Shown: in pieces, positions 50,389 through 58,795 of the stretch
How positions within the stretch are numbered: the stretch's first letter is position 1
Layout: each line of letters starts with the position of its first letter
NCBI GenBank assembly: GCA_012520435.1
Contig: JAAYOI010000019.1
Location: 1-62,583, forward strand
Length of the DNA stretch: 62,583 bases
Source of the DNA: Mollicutes bacterium
GTDB taxonomy: Bacteria > Bacillota_I > Bacilli_A > RF39 > UBA660
Direction of reading: 5' to 3'
The notes under the pieces: generated by a model
The model's input: the letters and a program-made list of their open reading frames with translations, nothing else
What the model was told of the DNA's origin: nothing
Databases searched by the model: none
Position numbers and translations under genes: made by a program

Positions 50389-51157
50389 AATGATTATTTC
50401 TTTTATTTTCATACCACTTTTCAATATTATCTAAAGTTTTATTTGTTATTTTCTTGATATTTTCTTTAATATTATTATATTTATCTTTAATGTTATTATA
50501 ATTATCTTCTCCAATATTATCTTTTATATGGTTTTTGGCTAAATCTATTTTATAACTAATATAATTCTTAATATTTTCTAGTTTTCCTTTAATAACAATT
50601 TTATAATCAGGATATTTTTTAACAATTATTGCATCAATTTCTTTAGCAACTTTTATTATTTCTTCTTTGGCTTTTTCACCTAAAGAATTAAAAGTAATAC
50701 CATTTATTTCTTTTTCATAGAAGATAAAATCAATTATTGTAATAAATGCTTCATTAATTTTATCTTTAACTTCATTTAAATTAGATTCATTGACATATTT
50801 AGAAACATTATCCTTTATATCATTAAAATATTTTATAATTTTATCTTCTTTATTAGAATCCTTATTAACATCGTTTTGGTTAGTGCTGTAAGTAGTAATA
50901 TTATTATTACTTTGGTTATCATCATTTACTTTGGTTGTATTTTCAGTATTAGTTGATATTTTAGTTGAATATGTACTTGTTTTGTTATTATTTATATTTT
51001 TAATTAATTTATCATTTTCAACAGTTATAATAGTATTTACTTCCTTAATTGCATTATATTCTTTATTTTTACAACCTGTTGTATTAATTAAAACAAAACC
51101 AATTATAATAATAACTAATAATTTATTACTCATATATTTCATATTCTTGAACCTCAT
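50387..51157 (-). CDS. Hypothetical lipoprotein, N/T/K-rich
   Basis: Signal peptide plus lipobox ...LINTTGC. Start ambiguous (M1, M6 or M9). One of only two '-' strand genes seen on the right arm. No recognisable family. Confidence 0.7.
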   Translation of the reverse strand: MRFKNMKYMSNKLLVIIIIGFVLINTTGCKNKEYNAIKEVNTIITVENDKLIKNINNNKTSTYSTKISTNTENTTKVNDDNQSNNNITTYSTNQNDVNKDSNKEDKIIKYFNDIKDNVSKYVNESNLNEVKDKINEAFITIIDFIFYEKEINGITFNSLGEKAKEEIIKVAKEIDAIIVKKYPDYKIVIKGKLENIKNYISYKIDLAKNHIKDNIGEDNYNNIKDKYNNIKENIKKITNKTLDNIEKWYENKRNNH

Positions 51158-51242
51158 TCTTAAAATATCCTAATACATTTTATTCAAAATGTCAATTAAA
51201 AGCGAATTAGGCGATATTATTTGTGAAAAAGCATATATTATA

Positions 51243-51358
51243 TTGACTTTTATAATTAATTTTAGTACAATTTATACTGCTGGTACATTTTCGAGAACTC
51301 CCATCTAAAAAGTAAGTGTTGGGACCACTTACCCTAAAAATTAAAGGAAGGGAATAAT
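51243..51358 (+). promoter_or_regulatory. rplM-rpsI promoter (TTGACT-17-TACAAT) and about 85-nt 5' leader (L13-leader-like)
   Basis: Promoter at 51243-51271. Leader hairpin GTAAGTG-TTGGGAC-CACTTAC just upstream of the GGAAGGG SD. Confidence 0.45.
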
Positions 51359-51793
51359 ATGAAAAATACTTATATGCAAAAGAAAGAAGAAGTAACACGC
51401 CAATGGTATGTTATTGATGTTGCTGATAAAAATCTCGGACGTGTTGCTACAAAAATTGCACATATTTTACGTGGAAAGCATAAACCAACATATACACCAC
51501 ATATTGATGGTGGAGATTATGTAATCGTTATTAATGCTTCAAAAGTAAATTTAACTGGAAATAAACTAGATGATAAGATTTATTATAATCATAGTGGATA
51601 TCCAGGTGGATTAAGAAAAAGAACAGCTCGTGTTATGAGAGAAAATTATTCAGTAGAAATGATTGAAAGAGCTGTTAAAGGAATGCTCCCAAAAGGAATA
51701 CTAGGCCGTCAAATGTTAAAAAAATTATTTGTTTATGAGGGTGCAGAACATCCACATATGGCTCAACAACCTGTTGAGTTAAAGTTAGATTAA
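51359..51793 (+). CDS. rplM: 50S ribosomal protein L13
   Basis: 144 aa. [33 protein letters not shown]. Confidence 0.97.
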   Translation: MKNTYMQKKEEVTRQWYVIDVADKNLGRVATKIAHILRGKHKPTYTPHIDGGDYVIVINASKVNLTGNKLDDKIYYNHSGYPGGLRKRTARVMRENYSVEMIERAVKGMLPKGILGRQMLKKLFVYEGAEHPHMAQQPVELKLD

Positions 51794-51805
51794 AGGAGGC
51801 TTTAA

Positions 51806-52225
51806 ATGGCAAATAAAAAAGTTTTTGTTGGTACTGGACGTAGAAAATCATCTGTTGCTAAAGTTACTATGGTTCCAGGTAAGGGAAAAATCACTGTTAA
51901 TGGTAAAGATGTTAAAGAATATTTCCCTTACGAAACTAATATTATGGATTTAAAGCAACCTTTAGTTATAACAAATAATGAAGAAACATTTGATATTGAT
52001 GTAGTGGTTACTGGTGGCGGTTTTTCTGGCCAAACGGGAGCTATTCGTTTAGGGATTGCGCGTGCTTTACTAGAATATGATGCTAAAAATGATCCAGAAA
52101 GTGAAACAAGTTATCGTAAAATTTTAAAGAAAGCAGGTTTAATTACAAGAGATGCTCGTGCTAAAGAACGTAAGAAACCTGGACTTAAAGCAGCGCGTCG
52201 TGCACCACAATATTCTAAGAGATAA
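51806..52225 (+). CDS. rpsI: 30S ribosomal protein S9
   Basis: 139 aa. [12 protein letters not shown] and a C-terminal RRAPQYSKR. Confidence 0.97.
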   Translation: MANKKVFVGTGRRKSSVAKVTMVPGKGKITVNGKDVKEYFPYETNIMDLKQPLVITNNEETFDIDVVVTGGGFSGQTGAIRLGIARALLEYDAKNDPESETSYRKILKKAGLITRDARAKERKKPGLKAARRAPQYSKR

Positions 52226-52235
52226 ATTGATAAAC

Positions 52236-52264
52236 AAAAGTACAATTTCCAAATTGTACTTTTT
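52236..52264 (+). terminator. Intrinsic terminator after rpsI
   Basis: AAAAGTACAATTT-CC-AAATTGTACTTTT plus T. Confidence 0.75.
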
Positions 52265-52318
52265 ATTTACTATCTTTTGCATTTCCTTTTTGTTATAATA
52301 TTTAATGGAGTAATAAAT

Positions 52319-53196
52319 ATGTTAAAAATAAGCTCAAAGTGGCAAGATTATCAATGTATAGATGCTGGTAATGGCGAAAAATTGGAAAATTGAAATGGAA
52401 TTATATTAAGAAGACCAGATCCACAAGCTATTTGGCCAATAAATACTAATAATCAATTATGGAATAGTCCGGATGGATATTATCATCGTAGTAGTAAAGG
52501 TGGAGGATATTGGGAATTTAAAAAGCCATTATCTGAATATTGGACAGTTAAATATAAAGAATTAACTTTTAAAGTTTCACCAACTAATTTTAAACATACT
52601 GGTTTATTTCCAGAACAAGCAGTTAATTGGGATTTTATGATAGATAAGATTAAAAGAAGTAACCGCCCTATAAAAGTTCTTAATTTATTTGCTTATACAG
52701 GAGCTGCTACAATAGCCTGTTCTTATGCTGGAGCAGTTGAAGTGGTACATGTTGATGCAGCTAAAGGGATGGTTGAATGGGCTAAAGAAAATATGCATTT
52801 ATCTAATTTAAGCAATAATCGTATTAGATTTATTGTTAATGATTGTTTGAAATTTGTGGAAAGAGAAGCAAGACGTGGTCACAAGTATGATGCCATTATT
52901 ATGGATCCTCCTTCATATGGTAGAGGACCTAAAGGAGAAGTGTGGAAATTTGAAAAAAGGTTTATGAATTAGTGAATGCATGTTTAAAAATATTAAGCGA
53001 TAAACCTTTATTCTTTTTAATTAATTTATATACAACAGGTATTTCTAGTATTGTTCTTGAAAACATTTTAAAATTAACTTTATTATCACTATATCCTGAA
53101 GGTAAAATTGAAGCAGGTGAAATAGGATTGCCAATAACTAATAATAATTTAATATTACCATGTGGTATTTATGGAAGATGGGAAAGTAATAATTAA
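52319..53196 (+). pseudogene. Class I SAM-dependent RNA methyltransferase (YwbD/RlmI-like) inactivated by a nonsense codon and a 1-nt deletion
   Basis: The reading frame from ATG 52319 hits TGA at 52391-52393 (GEKLEN*NGIILRRPDP), where homologues as I recall them carry Trp. The frame shifts at the A6 run 52953-52958; A7 would restore ..FEKKVYELVNACLKIL.. The SAM motif VLNLFAYTGAAT and DPPSYG are still readable. Confidence 0.8.
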
Positions 53197-53698
53197 AGTA
53201 ATATATGAAGATAATTATCTTTTAGTAGTAGAAAAACCTATTAATACACCAGTTCAAGCAGATAGTAGTGGTGATTTAGATTTTTAAATGTTAAAAAAAT
53301 ATATAAAAAATAAATATCACAAACCAGGTAATGTTTATTTAGGATTAGTTCATCGCTTAGATCGTCCAGTTGGTGGAGTTATAATATTTGCCAAAACATC
53401 GAAAGCTGCTAGTCGTTTAAGCGAACAAATACGTAATCACACATTTCAAAAAGAATATTTAGCAGTTATCTTAGGCAAATTAGATAAAGAAAAAGACACT
53501 TGGGTTGACAAATTATATAAAGATAACAAAGAAAATAGAGTTATAGTATCAGATAAAGGGAAAGAAGCAATTCTTACATATAAGGTAATAAAATTCAAAG
53601 ATAATTTATCTTTAGTAAAGATAATGTTAAAAACAGGAAGATTACCTAATACTGAACCGTGGTTAAAATTTACTAGTAATGAAGGTGATTTTTTATGA
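53171..53698 (+). pseudogene. RluA-family pseudouridine synthase remnant (in-frame TAA and 3' truncation)
   Basis: MEDGKVIIKVIYEDNYLLVVEKP..SGDLDF then TAA at 53285-53287, then MLKKYIK..GLVHRLDRPVGGVIIFAKT (catalytic Asp motif). After LKTGR the conserved HQIR C-terminal part is absent and replaced by 18 unrelated codons running into the patatin start. Confidence 0.75.
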
Positions 53699-54864
53699 AA
53701 CGTGCACTTGTTTTATCTGGTGGTGGTGGAAGAGGAGCTTATCAAATAGGTGTATGGAAAGCTTTACGTGAATTAAATATAGATTTTGATATTGTTGCAG
53801 GAACATCAGTAGGTTCATTAAATGGAGCTTTAATTGTTCAAGATTCTTATAAACTTGCTGAAAGTCTTTGGCAAAATATCGATTATGACTTTGTTTTTAA
53901 TGACAAGTTTTTCACAAATAAAAAATTAACTAATAAAAAAGTTAAATTAGTAAGAAAATATTTAAGAGTTACCATTTTTGAAAAAGGATTAGAAGTAAAA
54001 GCTTTAGAAAACAATATTAGAAAATATTTAGATGTTGATAAAATATTTAATTCGAAAATAGATTATGGTATAGTTGTTTATGATTTATCATCTAAGAAAC
54101 CATTAATGATAACCAAATCTCAAATGAATAAAGAAAATATTAAAGATTATATTGTTGCATCAGCTACTGTTTATCCCGTATTTAAAAAAAAGAAAATTAT
54201 TGATAAATATTATATTGATGGTGGGTTTTATGATAATTTTCCTATCAATCTTGCAATCGATATGGGAGCTACTGAAATTATAGCTGTTTACACAGGATTA
54301 TTTGGTATATTACAAAAAGTTAAAAGAAATGATATTCCAATAACTCATATCATTCCTAAAAGCAAATTAGGATCTCCTTTAATTTTTAATAATTTAAAAT
54401 CAAAAAGAGGATTACAATTAGGATATAATGACGCTATGAAAGCCTTTAATCAATTAGATGGAAATATATATACATTTAAAAAAGGTAATATCAATAAGTT
54501 GTATGGAGAATGTAAAGAAAAGATTGATAATTTATCTAAGAATATTTTTGGATTAAAAGAAAATATCAATATTTTATTTACAATTGATTTTTTAGGTAAA
54601 TTATTAGATATAGATGAAGCTAATATTTATGATATAGATAGATTTAATAAGATTATTTTAGATAAAATTAAAACATTAAATAATAGTTGTATAATTGACA
54701 AAGGTAAATTATATATTTTTAAACATCGTGAATATGCCTTAATAAAAATATATAACATAATAGTATCTAAAAGTTTAAAGCTTAATAAAATAACAGCAAA
54801 AATCTTATCAAAATTGTTTCCTGATGTGATAAGTGCTGTAATATATTTGTTAGGAATAAATTAG
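53695..54864 (+). CDS. Patatin-like phospholipase
   Basis: 389 aa. Oxyanion [10 protein letters not shown], nucleophile GTSVG, catalytic Asp [10 protein letters not shown]. The C-terminal half of about 170 aa is unassigned. Confidence 0.88.
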   Translation: MKRALVLSGGGGRGAYQIGVWKALRELNIDFDIVAGTSVGSLNGALIVQDSYKLAESLWQNIDYDFVFNDKFFTNKKLTNKKVKLVRKYLRVTIFEKGLEVKALENNIRKYLDVDKIFNSKIDYGIVVYDLSSKKPLMITKSQMNKENIKDYIVASATVYPVFKKKKIIDKYYIDGGFYDNFPINLAIDMGATEIIAVYTGLFGILQKVKRNDIPITHIIPKSKLGSPLIFNNLKSKRGLQLGYNDAMKAFNQLDGNIYTFKKGNINKLYGECKEKIDNLSKNIFGLKENINILFTIDFLGKLLDIDEANIYDIDRFNKIILDKIKTLNNSCIIDKGKLYIFKHREYALIKIYNIIVSKSLKLNKITAKILSKLFPDVISAVIYLLGIN

Positions 54865-54873
54865 GAGGCAGTT

Positions 54874-55422
54874 ATGATAAAAGTATTAGCTTTTGATTTT
54901 GTTGGAGTATTAGGTTATGAAAAAGATGTTGAAATGACAGAAATCGAAGAAAAATTGGAAAGAATGTATGGTCCAATTATAAATGATGAAAAATATTTCA
55001 AAGTTGGAAGAAGATATATTAACAATGATGATACAATTATAAGAATTACAAAAAATCTTATTAATAGGTTATATGGAATTAGGTATAAAAATTTATTTCA
55101 AAAAATAAAAGAGCTATATCCTGATATAAAGGTAGTAATTGCTACTAATCATGTATCTTATATAAGAGAATTTCTTGAAAAAAGATTTGATATAAAATAT
55201 TTAGATGATATTATTATTTCAGCTGAAATAAATAAAGCAAAACCCAATGATGATTTTTATGAATACATTTTGGAAAAATATAATATTAAACCAAACGAAT
55301 TATTATTTATAGATGATCGTGAAGAAAATGTAGATGCTGCTATTAATCTAGGTATAAATGCTATAAAATATAATAGTAGAGAAATGGATTTGTTAGAAAC
55401 AGTATTAGATTTAATTAAATAA
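54874..55422 (+). CDS. HAD-superfamily hydrolase (subfamily IA-like)
   Basis: 182 aa. Motif I AFDFVGVL, motif II VIATN, motif IV LFIDDREENV. Confidence 0.75.
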   Translation: MIKVLAFDFVGVLGYEKDVEMTEIEEKLERMYGPIINDEKYFKVGRRYINNDDTIIRITKNLINRLYGIRYKNLFQKIKELYPDIKVVIATNHVSYIREFLEKRFDIKYLDDIIISAEINKAKPNDDFYEYILEKYNIKPNELLFIDDREENVDAAINLGINAIKYNSREMDLLETVLDLIK

Positions 55423-55477
55423 TTTACTTTTTTTATTTAAAATGGAATTTACTTCATATATTTAATTAGGTGATATA

Positions 55478-56167
55478 ATGACTACATCTACATACAAAAT
55501 AAGTGTCTTATTTTTGTTTATTTTAGGGTTATGTGCAGTTAATTTTGTAAAAGCTAATCATAATCCATTACCTTTATTTGGGAAGATTATATATTTAGAT
55601 CCTGGTCATGGTGGAAGGGATCCTGGCGCTATTTATAAAAATATTTATGAATCAGATATTAATTTAGCAATCGCTCAAAAATTAGAAAAAGTATTAGAAG
55701 AGTATGGTGCAATTGTGTATTCAACACGCTATGGTGATTATGATTTAGCAGTACCATATGCTTTAAATCGAAAAAGAAGTGATTTATCAAGGAGAGTAAA
55801 TATTATTAATCGTTCTTTATGTGATATGTATATCTCTATTCATTTAAATTCGGAAACTTCTAGTACCTGGTATGGTGCTCAAGTTTTTTATGATGATGTT
55901 CACCCCGAAAATAAAGAAATTGCGAGGATTATGCAAAAAGTTTTAAAAAAACATTTAAGAACTAGAAGAGCTGCTTCTGAAATATCGGGAATGTATATTT
56001 ATAGACGGGTTGAAAGACCAGGAATTTTAATTGAAGTAGGGTTTTTATCTAATCCTAATGAACGATATTTGTTAAGAAAAGAATGGTATCAAGAAAAATT
56101 GGCCAAAGTCATAACAGAAGGGGTTTTACAATATTTTCAAAATAAACAAGTACCATTAAATTTATAA
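55478..56167 (+). CDS. cwlD: Germination-specific N-acetylmuramoyl-L-alanine amidase CwlD
   Basis: 229 aa. N-terminal anchor, then GKIIYLDPGHGGRDPGA, MYISIHLN, WYGAQVFY and GILIEVGFLSNP. These closely parallel recalled B. subtilis CwlD. It lies downstream of rplM-rpsI, as in Bacillus. Confidence 0.88.
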   Translation: MTTSTYKISVLFLFILGLCAVNFVKANHNPLPLFGKIIYLDPGHGGRDPGAIYKNIYESDINLAIAQKLEKVLEEYGAIVYSTRYGDYDLAVPYALNRKRSDLSRRVNIINRSLCDMYISIHLNSETSSTWYGAQVFYDDVHPENKEIARIMQKVLKKHLRTRRAASEISGMYIYRRVERPGILIEVGFLSNPNERYLLRKEWYQEKLAKVITEGVLQYFQNKQVPLNL

Positions 56168-56217
56168 AAAAATATTTTTATTAGACAATAAAAAGACGTA
56201 CCTTTTTATCATTATTA

Positions 56218-56226
56218 TGGTATAAT
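56218..56226 (+). promoter_or_regulatory. Extended -10 promoter element for the Abi gene
   Basis: TGGTATAAT (TGnTATAAT) 18 nt upstream of the ATG. The SD is GGTGGT. Confidence 0.45.
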
Positions 56227-56243
56227 TAACAATAGGTGGTAGT

Positions 56244-57176
56244 ATGGCTAACAAAATATTCAAAAACTTAGATGAGCAAATAGAAATATTAAGATCCAAA
56301 GGACTTATTATAAATGATGAAGAAAAAACAAAGGATATATTATTCCGTGAAAACTACTTTTTTGTTAATGGTTATCGTCATTTATTTATGAAATCAGCTA
56401 AAGAAAGAAAATTTATACCAGGAACAACTTTTGAAGAATTATATGGAACTTTTGTTTTTGATCGTCGTGTTCGTAATATCTTTTTTAAAAATATCTTAAT
56501 TGTTGAAAATAATATAAAATCAATTATTAGTTATACTTTATCTAAAAAATATGGTTTTAAAGAAAAAGATTATTTAAATCCTAGAAATTTCACTCAAGAT
56601 CGAATGAAAGCTAGACAAGTTCATGATATTTTAAATAAAATGAAAAGACAAATTAGAGTTAATGGTAAACAGCATCGAGCAACTTTGCACTACTTAAGTA
56701 ATTATGGTTATATTCCAATGTGGATTTTAGTTAAAGTTTTATCACTTGGAATAATTGCCGAATTATATAACATTTTAAAACCAGAAGATCAATTAACAAT
56801 AGCTGAATTTTACAATTTAGATCCTGAAACCTTATCTATTTATTTAAGTATTTTAGCTAATGCTCGAAATTTATGTGCTCATGAAGATATTCTTTATGAT
56901 AATCGTATGCAAAGATCTATTCCTGACTGTCGTTATCACTATTTATTAAATATTGATATGACTGATGATGAATATCAATATGGAAAAAATGATTTATATG
57001 CTTTAGTTATTATTTTAAAGCAAATGTTAACTGATATTGAGTTTCGTGAATTTATTAATGAAATAGGATACGAAATAGATATTTTAGATGGTAAAGTTGA
57101 TACTGTACCATTAGTTACGATTTTAAATAAAATGGGATTTCCCGATAATTGGCGAGATATTGTAAATATTGATTAG
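56244..57176 (+). CDS. Abi_2-family (AbiD/AbiF-like) abortive-infection protein with a HEPN Rx4H motif
   Basis: 310 aa. The N-terminus LDEQIEILRSKGLIINDEEKTKDILFRENYFFVNGY is typical of Abi_2 proteins. ANARNLCAHED gives R-x4-H. Confidence 0.85.
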   Translation: MANKIFKNLDEQIEILRSKGLIINDEEKTKDILFRENYFFVNGYRHLFMKSAKERKFIPGTTFEELYGTFVFDRRVRNIFFKNILIVENNIKSIISYTLSKKYGFKEKDYLNPRNFTQDRMKARQVHDILNKMKRQIRVNGKQHRATLHYLSNYGYIPMWILVKVLSLGIIAELYNILKPEDQLTIAEFYNLDPETLSIYLSILANARNLCAHEDILYDNRMQRSIPDCRYHYLLNIDMTDDEYQYGKNDLYALVIILKQMLTDIEFREFINEIGYEIDILDGKVDTVPLVTILNKMGFPDNWRDIVNID

Positions 57177-57187
57177 GAGATGATGTT

Positions 57188-58276
57188 ATGAGAGAAAAAA
57201 TTATTTATATTTTAACAATCATTCTTAGTATATCAATTGGAGTTATAGGAACCATTTTAGTATATGATAGCAGAAGCGGCAAAATAAGAGAAATTATTGA
57301 AAAAGAAATTAGAGAAGTAACTATTACCGAATCTGATACTATTAAACCAGCTATTGACAAAATATATGATGCTGTGGTTATGGTAGAAACTTATAAAGGT
57401 AACCGTTTAGTTACTACTGGTACAGGTTTTGTGTATAAAAAAGATGACAAAGTAGGTTATATTATTACTAATCACCATGTTATTGAAGATGGAAATACAA
57501 TAAAAGTAATAAACAACAATGGGCAAACAACCGATGCTAAAGTTTTAGGTAGTGATGCCTATGCCGATATAGCAGTATTATCAATCGATAAAGAAGCGGT
57601 TTTACAAGTGGCAGAAATTGGTAATAGTACCGAATTAGAATTAGGTGATACATTATTTACAGTTGGTACACCTTTAGGTAGTGAATATATGGGAACAGTG
57701 ACCAAAGGAATTTTGTCAGGTAAAAACCGAACAGTTACAGTTAGTTTAAGCCAAGGCGATTTTATGATGGAAGTATTACAAACAGATGCAGCTATTAATC
57801 CTGGTAATAGTGGTGGACCATTAGTTAACATTAATGGACAAGTAGTTGGTGTAAACTCATTAAAATTAGTAAAAGATGAAATAGAAGGTATGGGATTTGC
57901 GATTCCAATTGAATTAGTAATGACAAGTGTCCAACATTTAGAAAAAGGTGAAGAAATAAAAAGACCATTATTAGGAGTAGAAATGTTAGATGTTACTAAT
58001 ACATATGCTTTATATTTAAATGACATATATCTTGACCAAGATTTTAAAAATGGAGTAGTTGTAGTTAATGTTATGCCAAATACTCCAGCTGCTGCTAAAT
58101 TACAGAAAAGTGATGTTATCTTAGAAATAAATGGTACTAAGATTAACGATATTGGACATTTCCGATTCATTTTATATAAATATTCAGTTGGTGATACTAT
58201 TAAAATAAAATATTATCGTGATGGTAAAATACAAGAAGTTGATGTTTATTTAAATAAAAGTATTGAAGATGCATAA
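57188..58276 (+). CDS. htrA: HtrA/DegP-family serine protease with a PDZ domain
   Basis: 362 aa. TM anchor, catalytic triad context NHHV...DIAVL...GNSGGPLVN, C-terminal PDZ. Confidence 0.92.
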   Translation: MREKIIYILTIILSISIGVIGTILVYDSRSGKIREIIEKEIREVTITESDTIKPAIDKIYDAVVMVETYKGNRLVTTGTGFVYKKDDKVGYIITNHHVIEDGNTIKVINNNGQTTDAKVLGSDAYADIAVLSIDKEAVLQVAEIGNSTELELGDTLFTVGTPLGSEYMGTVTKGILSGKNRTVTVSLSQGDFMMEVLQTDAAINPGNSGGPLVNINGQVVGVNSLKLVKDEIEGMGFAIPIELVMTSVQHLEKGEEIKRPLLGVEMLDVTNTYALYLNDIYLDQDFKNGVVVVNVMPNTPAAAKLQKSDVILEINGTKINDIGHFRFILYKYSVGDTIKIKYYRDGKIQEVDVYLNKSIEDA

Positions 58277-58300
58277 GGATAATTAAAAATTATCCTTTTT
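58275..58300 (+). terminator. Intrinsic terminator after htrA
   Basis: AAGGATAATT-AAA-AATTATCCTT plus TTT. Confidence 0.75.
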
Positions 58301-58396
58301 ACATATAATAAATATAAAGTGGTATTTACTAAATAAAGGTAATATTTTTAAAAAATAATTGATAAAAAATATAATTTGTCATAGTTTACATTGTTT

Positions 58397-58423
58397 CTAG
58401 CACTTAACCCAATTAATTGCTAA
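58397..58423. promoter_or_regulatory. Degenerate CIRCE (HrcA operator) element
   Basis: CTAGCACTT-N9-AATTGCTAA, against the consensus TTAGCACTC-N9-GAGTGCTAA. Confidence 0.5.
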
Positions 58424-58430
58424 AAAACTA

Positions 58431-58459
58431 TTGACAATTTTTTTTGCTAGTAATAAAAT
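58431..58459 (+). promoter_or_regulatory. Sigma-A promoter of groES-groEL
   Basis: TTGACA, 17-nt spacer, TAAAAT. Confidence 0.65.
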
Positions 58460-58463
58460 ATTA

Positions 58464-58490
58464 TTAGCACTCATACAATAGTAGTGCTAA
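58464..58490. promoter_or_regulatory. CIRCE (HrcA operator) element
   Basis: TTAGCACTC-ATACAATAG-TAGTGCTAA, directly after the -10. Confidence 0.85.
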
Positions 58491-58519
58491 AAAATAGAAA
58501 GAGGGGAGGAGATATACTG

Positions 58520-58777
58520 ATGATTAAACCAATTAATAAAAATATTTTACTTGAAAAAGTTATGCAAGAAAATAAAACAAAATCTGGTATTATTGTCAGT
58601 ACTGAAGAGAAAGAAGAAGAGAATATTGGAAAAGTTATTGCCGTCAGTGATGACGTCGACAATATTAAAGTTGGTGATAAAGTAATATTTGAAGATTACC
58701 AAACCAGAAAAATAACATATGAAGGGAAAGAATACATTATGATTGCTCAAGAACATGTTTTAGGAATTATACAATAA
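58520..58777 (+). CDS. groES: Co-chaperonin GroES (short, 85 aa)
   Basis: Start ATG 58520 (MIKPINKNILLEKV..KTKSGIIVS), GGGGAGGAG SD. Confidence 0.9.
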   Translation: MIKPINKNILLEKVMQENKTKSGIIVSTEEKEEENIGKVIAVSDDVDNIKVGDKVIFEDYQTRKITYEGKEYIMIAQEHVLGIIQ

Positions 58778-58795
58778 TATAGAAAGGGTGATTAT

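Noticed and set aside
52391-52393. TGA in GEKLEN*NG (where homologues as I recall them have Trp) as evidence for genetic code 4 (TGA = Trp)
   Set aside because: TGA is the functional stop of well-conserved genes in this window: rnpA at 16056, mnmG at 22056 and secY at 42428. All have normal C-termini and ATGA-type overlaps with the next gene. Trp is encoded by TGG throughout. The same gene also carries a frameshift, so this is a nonsense mutation.
54874-54900. The non-canonical HAD motif I (DFVGV, second Asp replaced by Val) as evidence for an inactive pseudo-enzyme
   Set aside because: Several HAD subfamilies naturally lack the second Asp, and motifs II-IV are intact. This is noted in the cassette finding rather than as a separate claim.
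57559-58170. 203-aa ORF antisense to htrA
   Set aside because: It has no SD and a low-complexity translation, and it is fully embedded opposite a strongly conserved protease gene.
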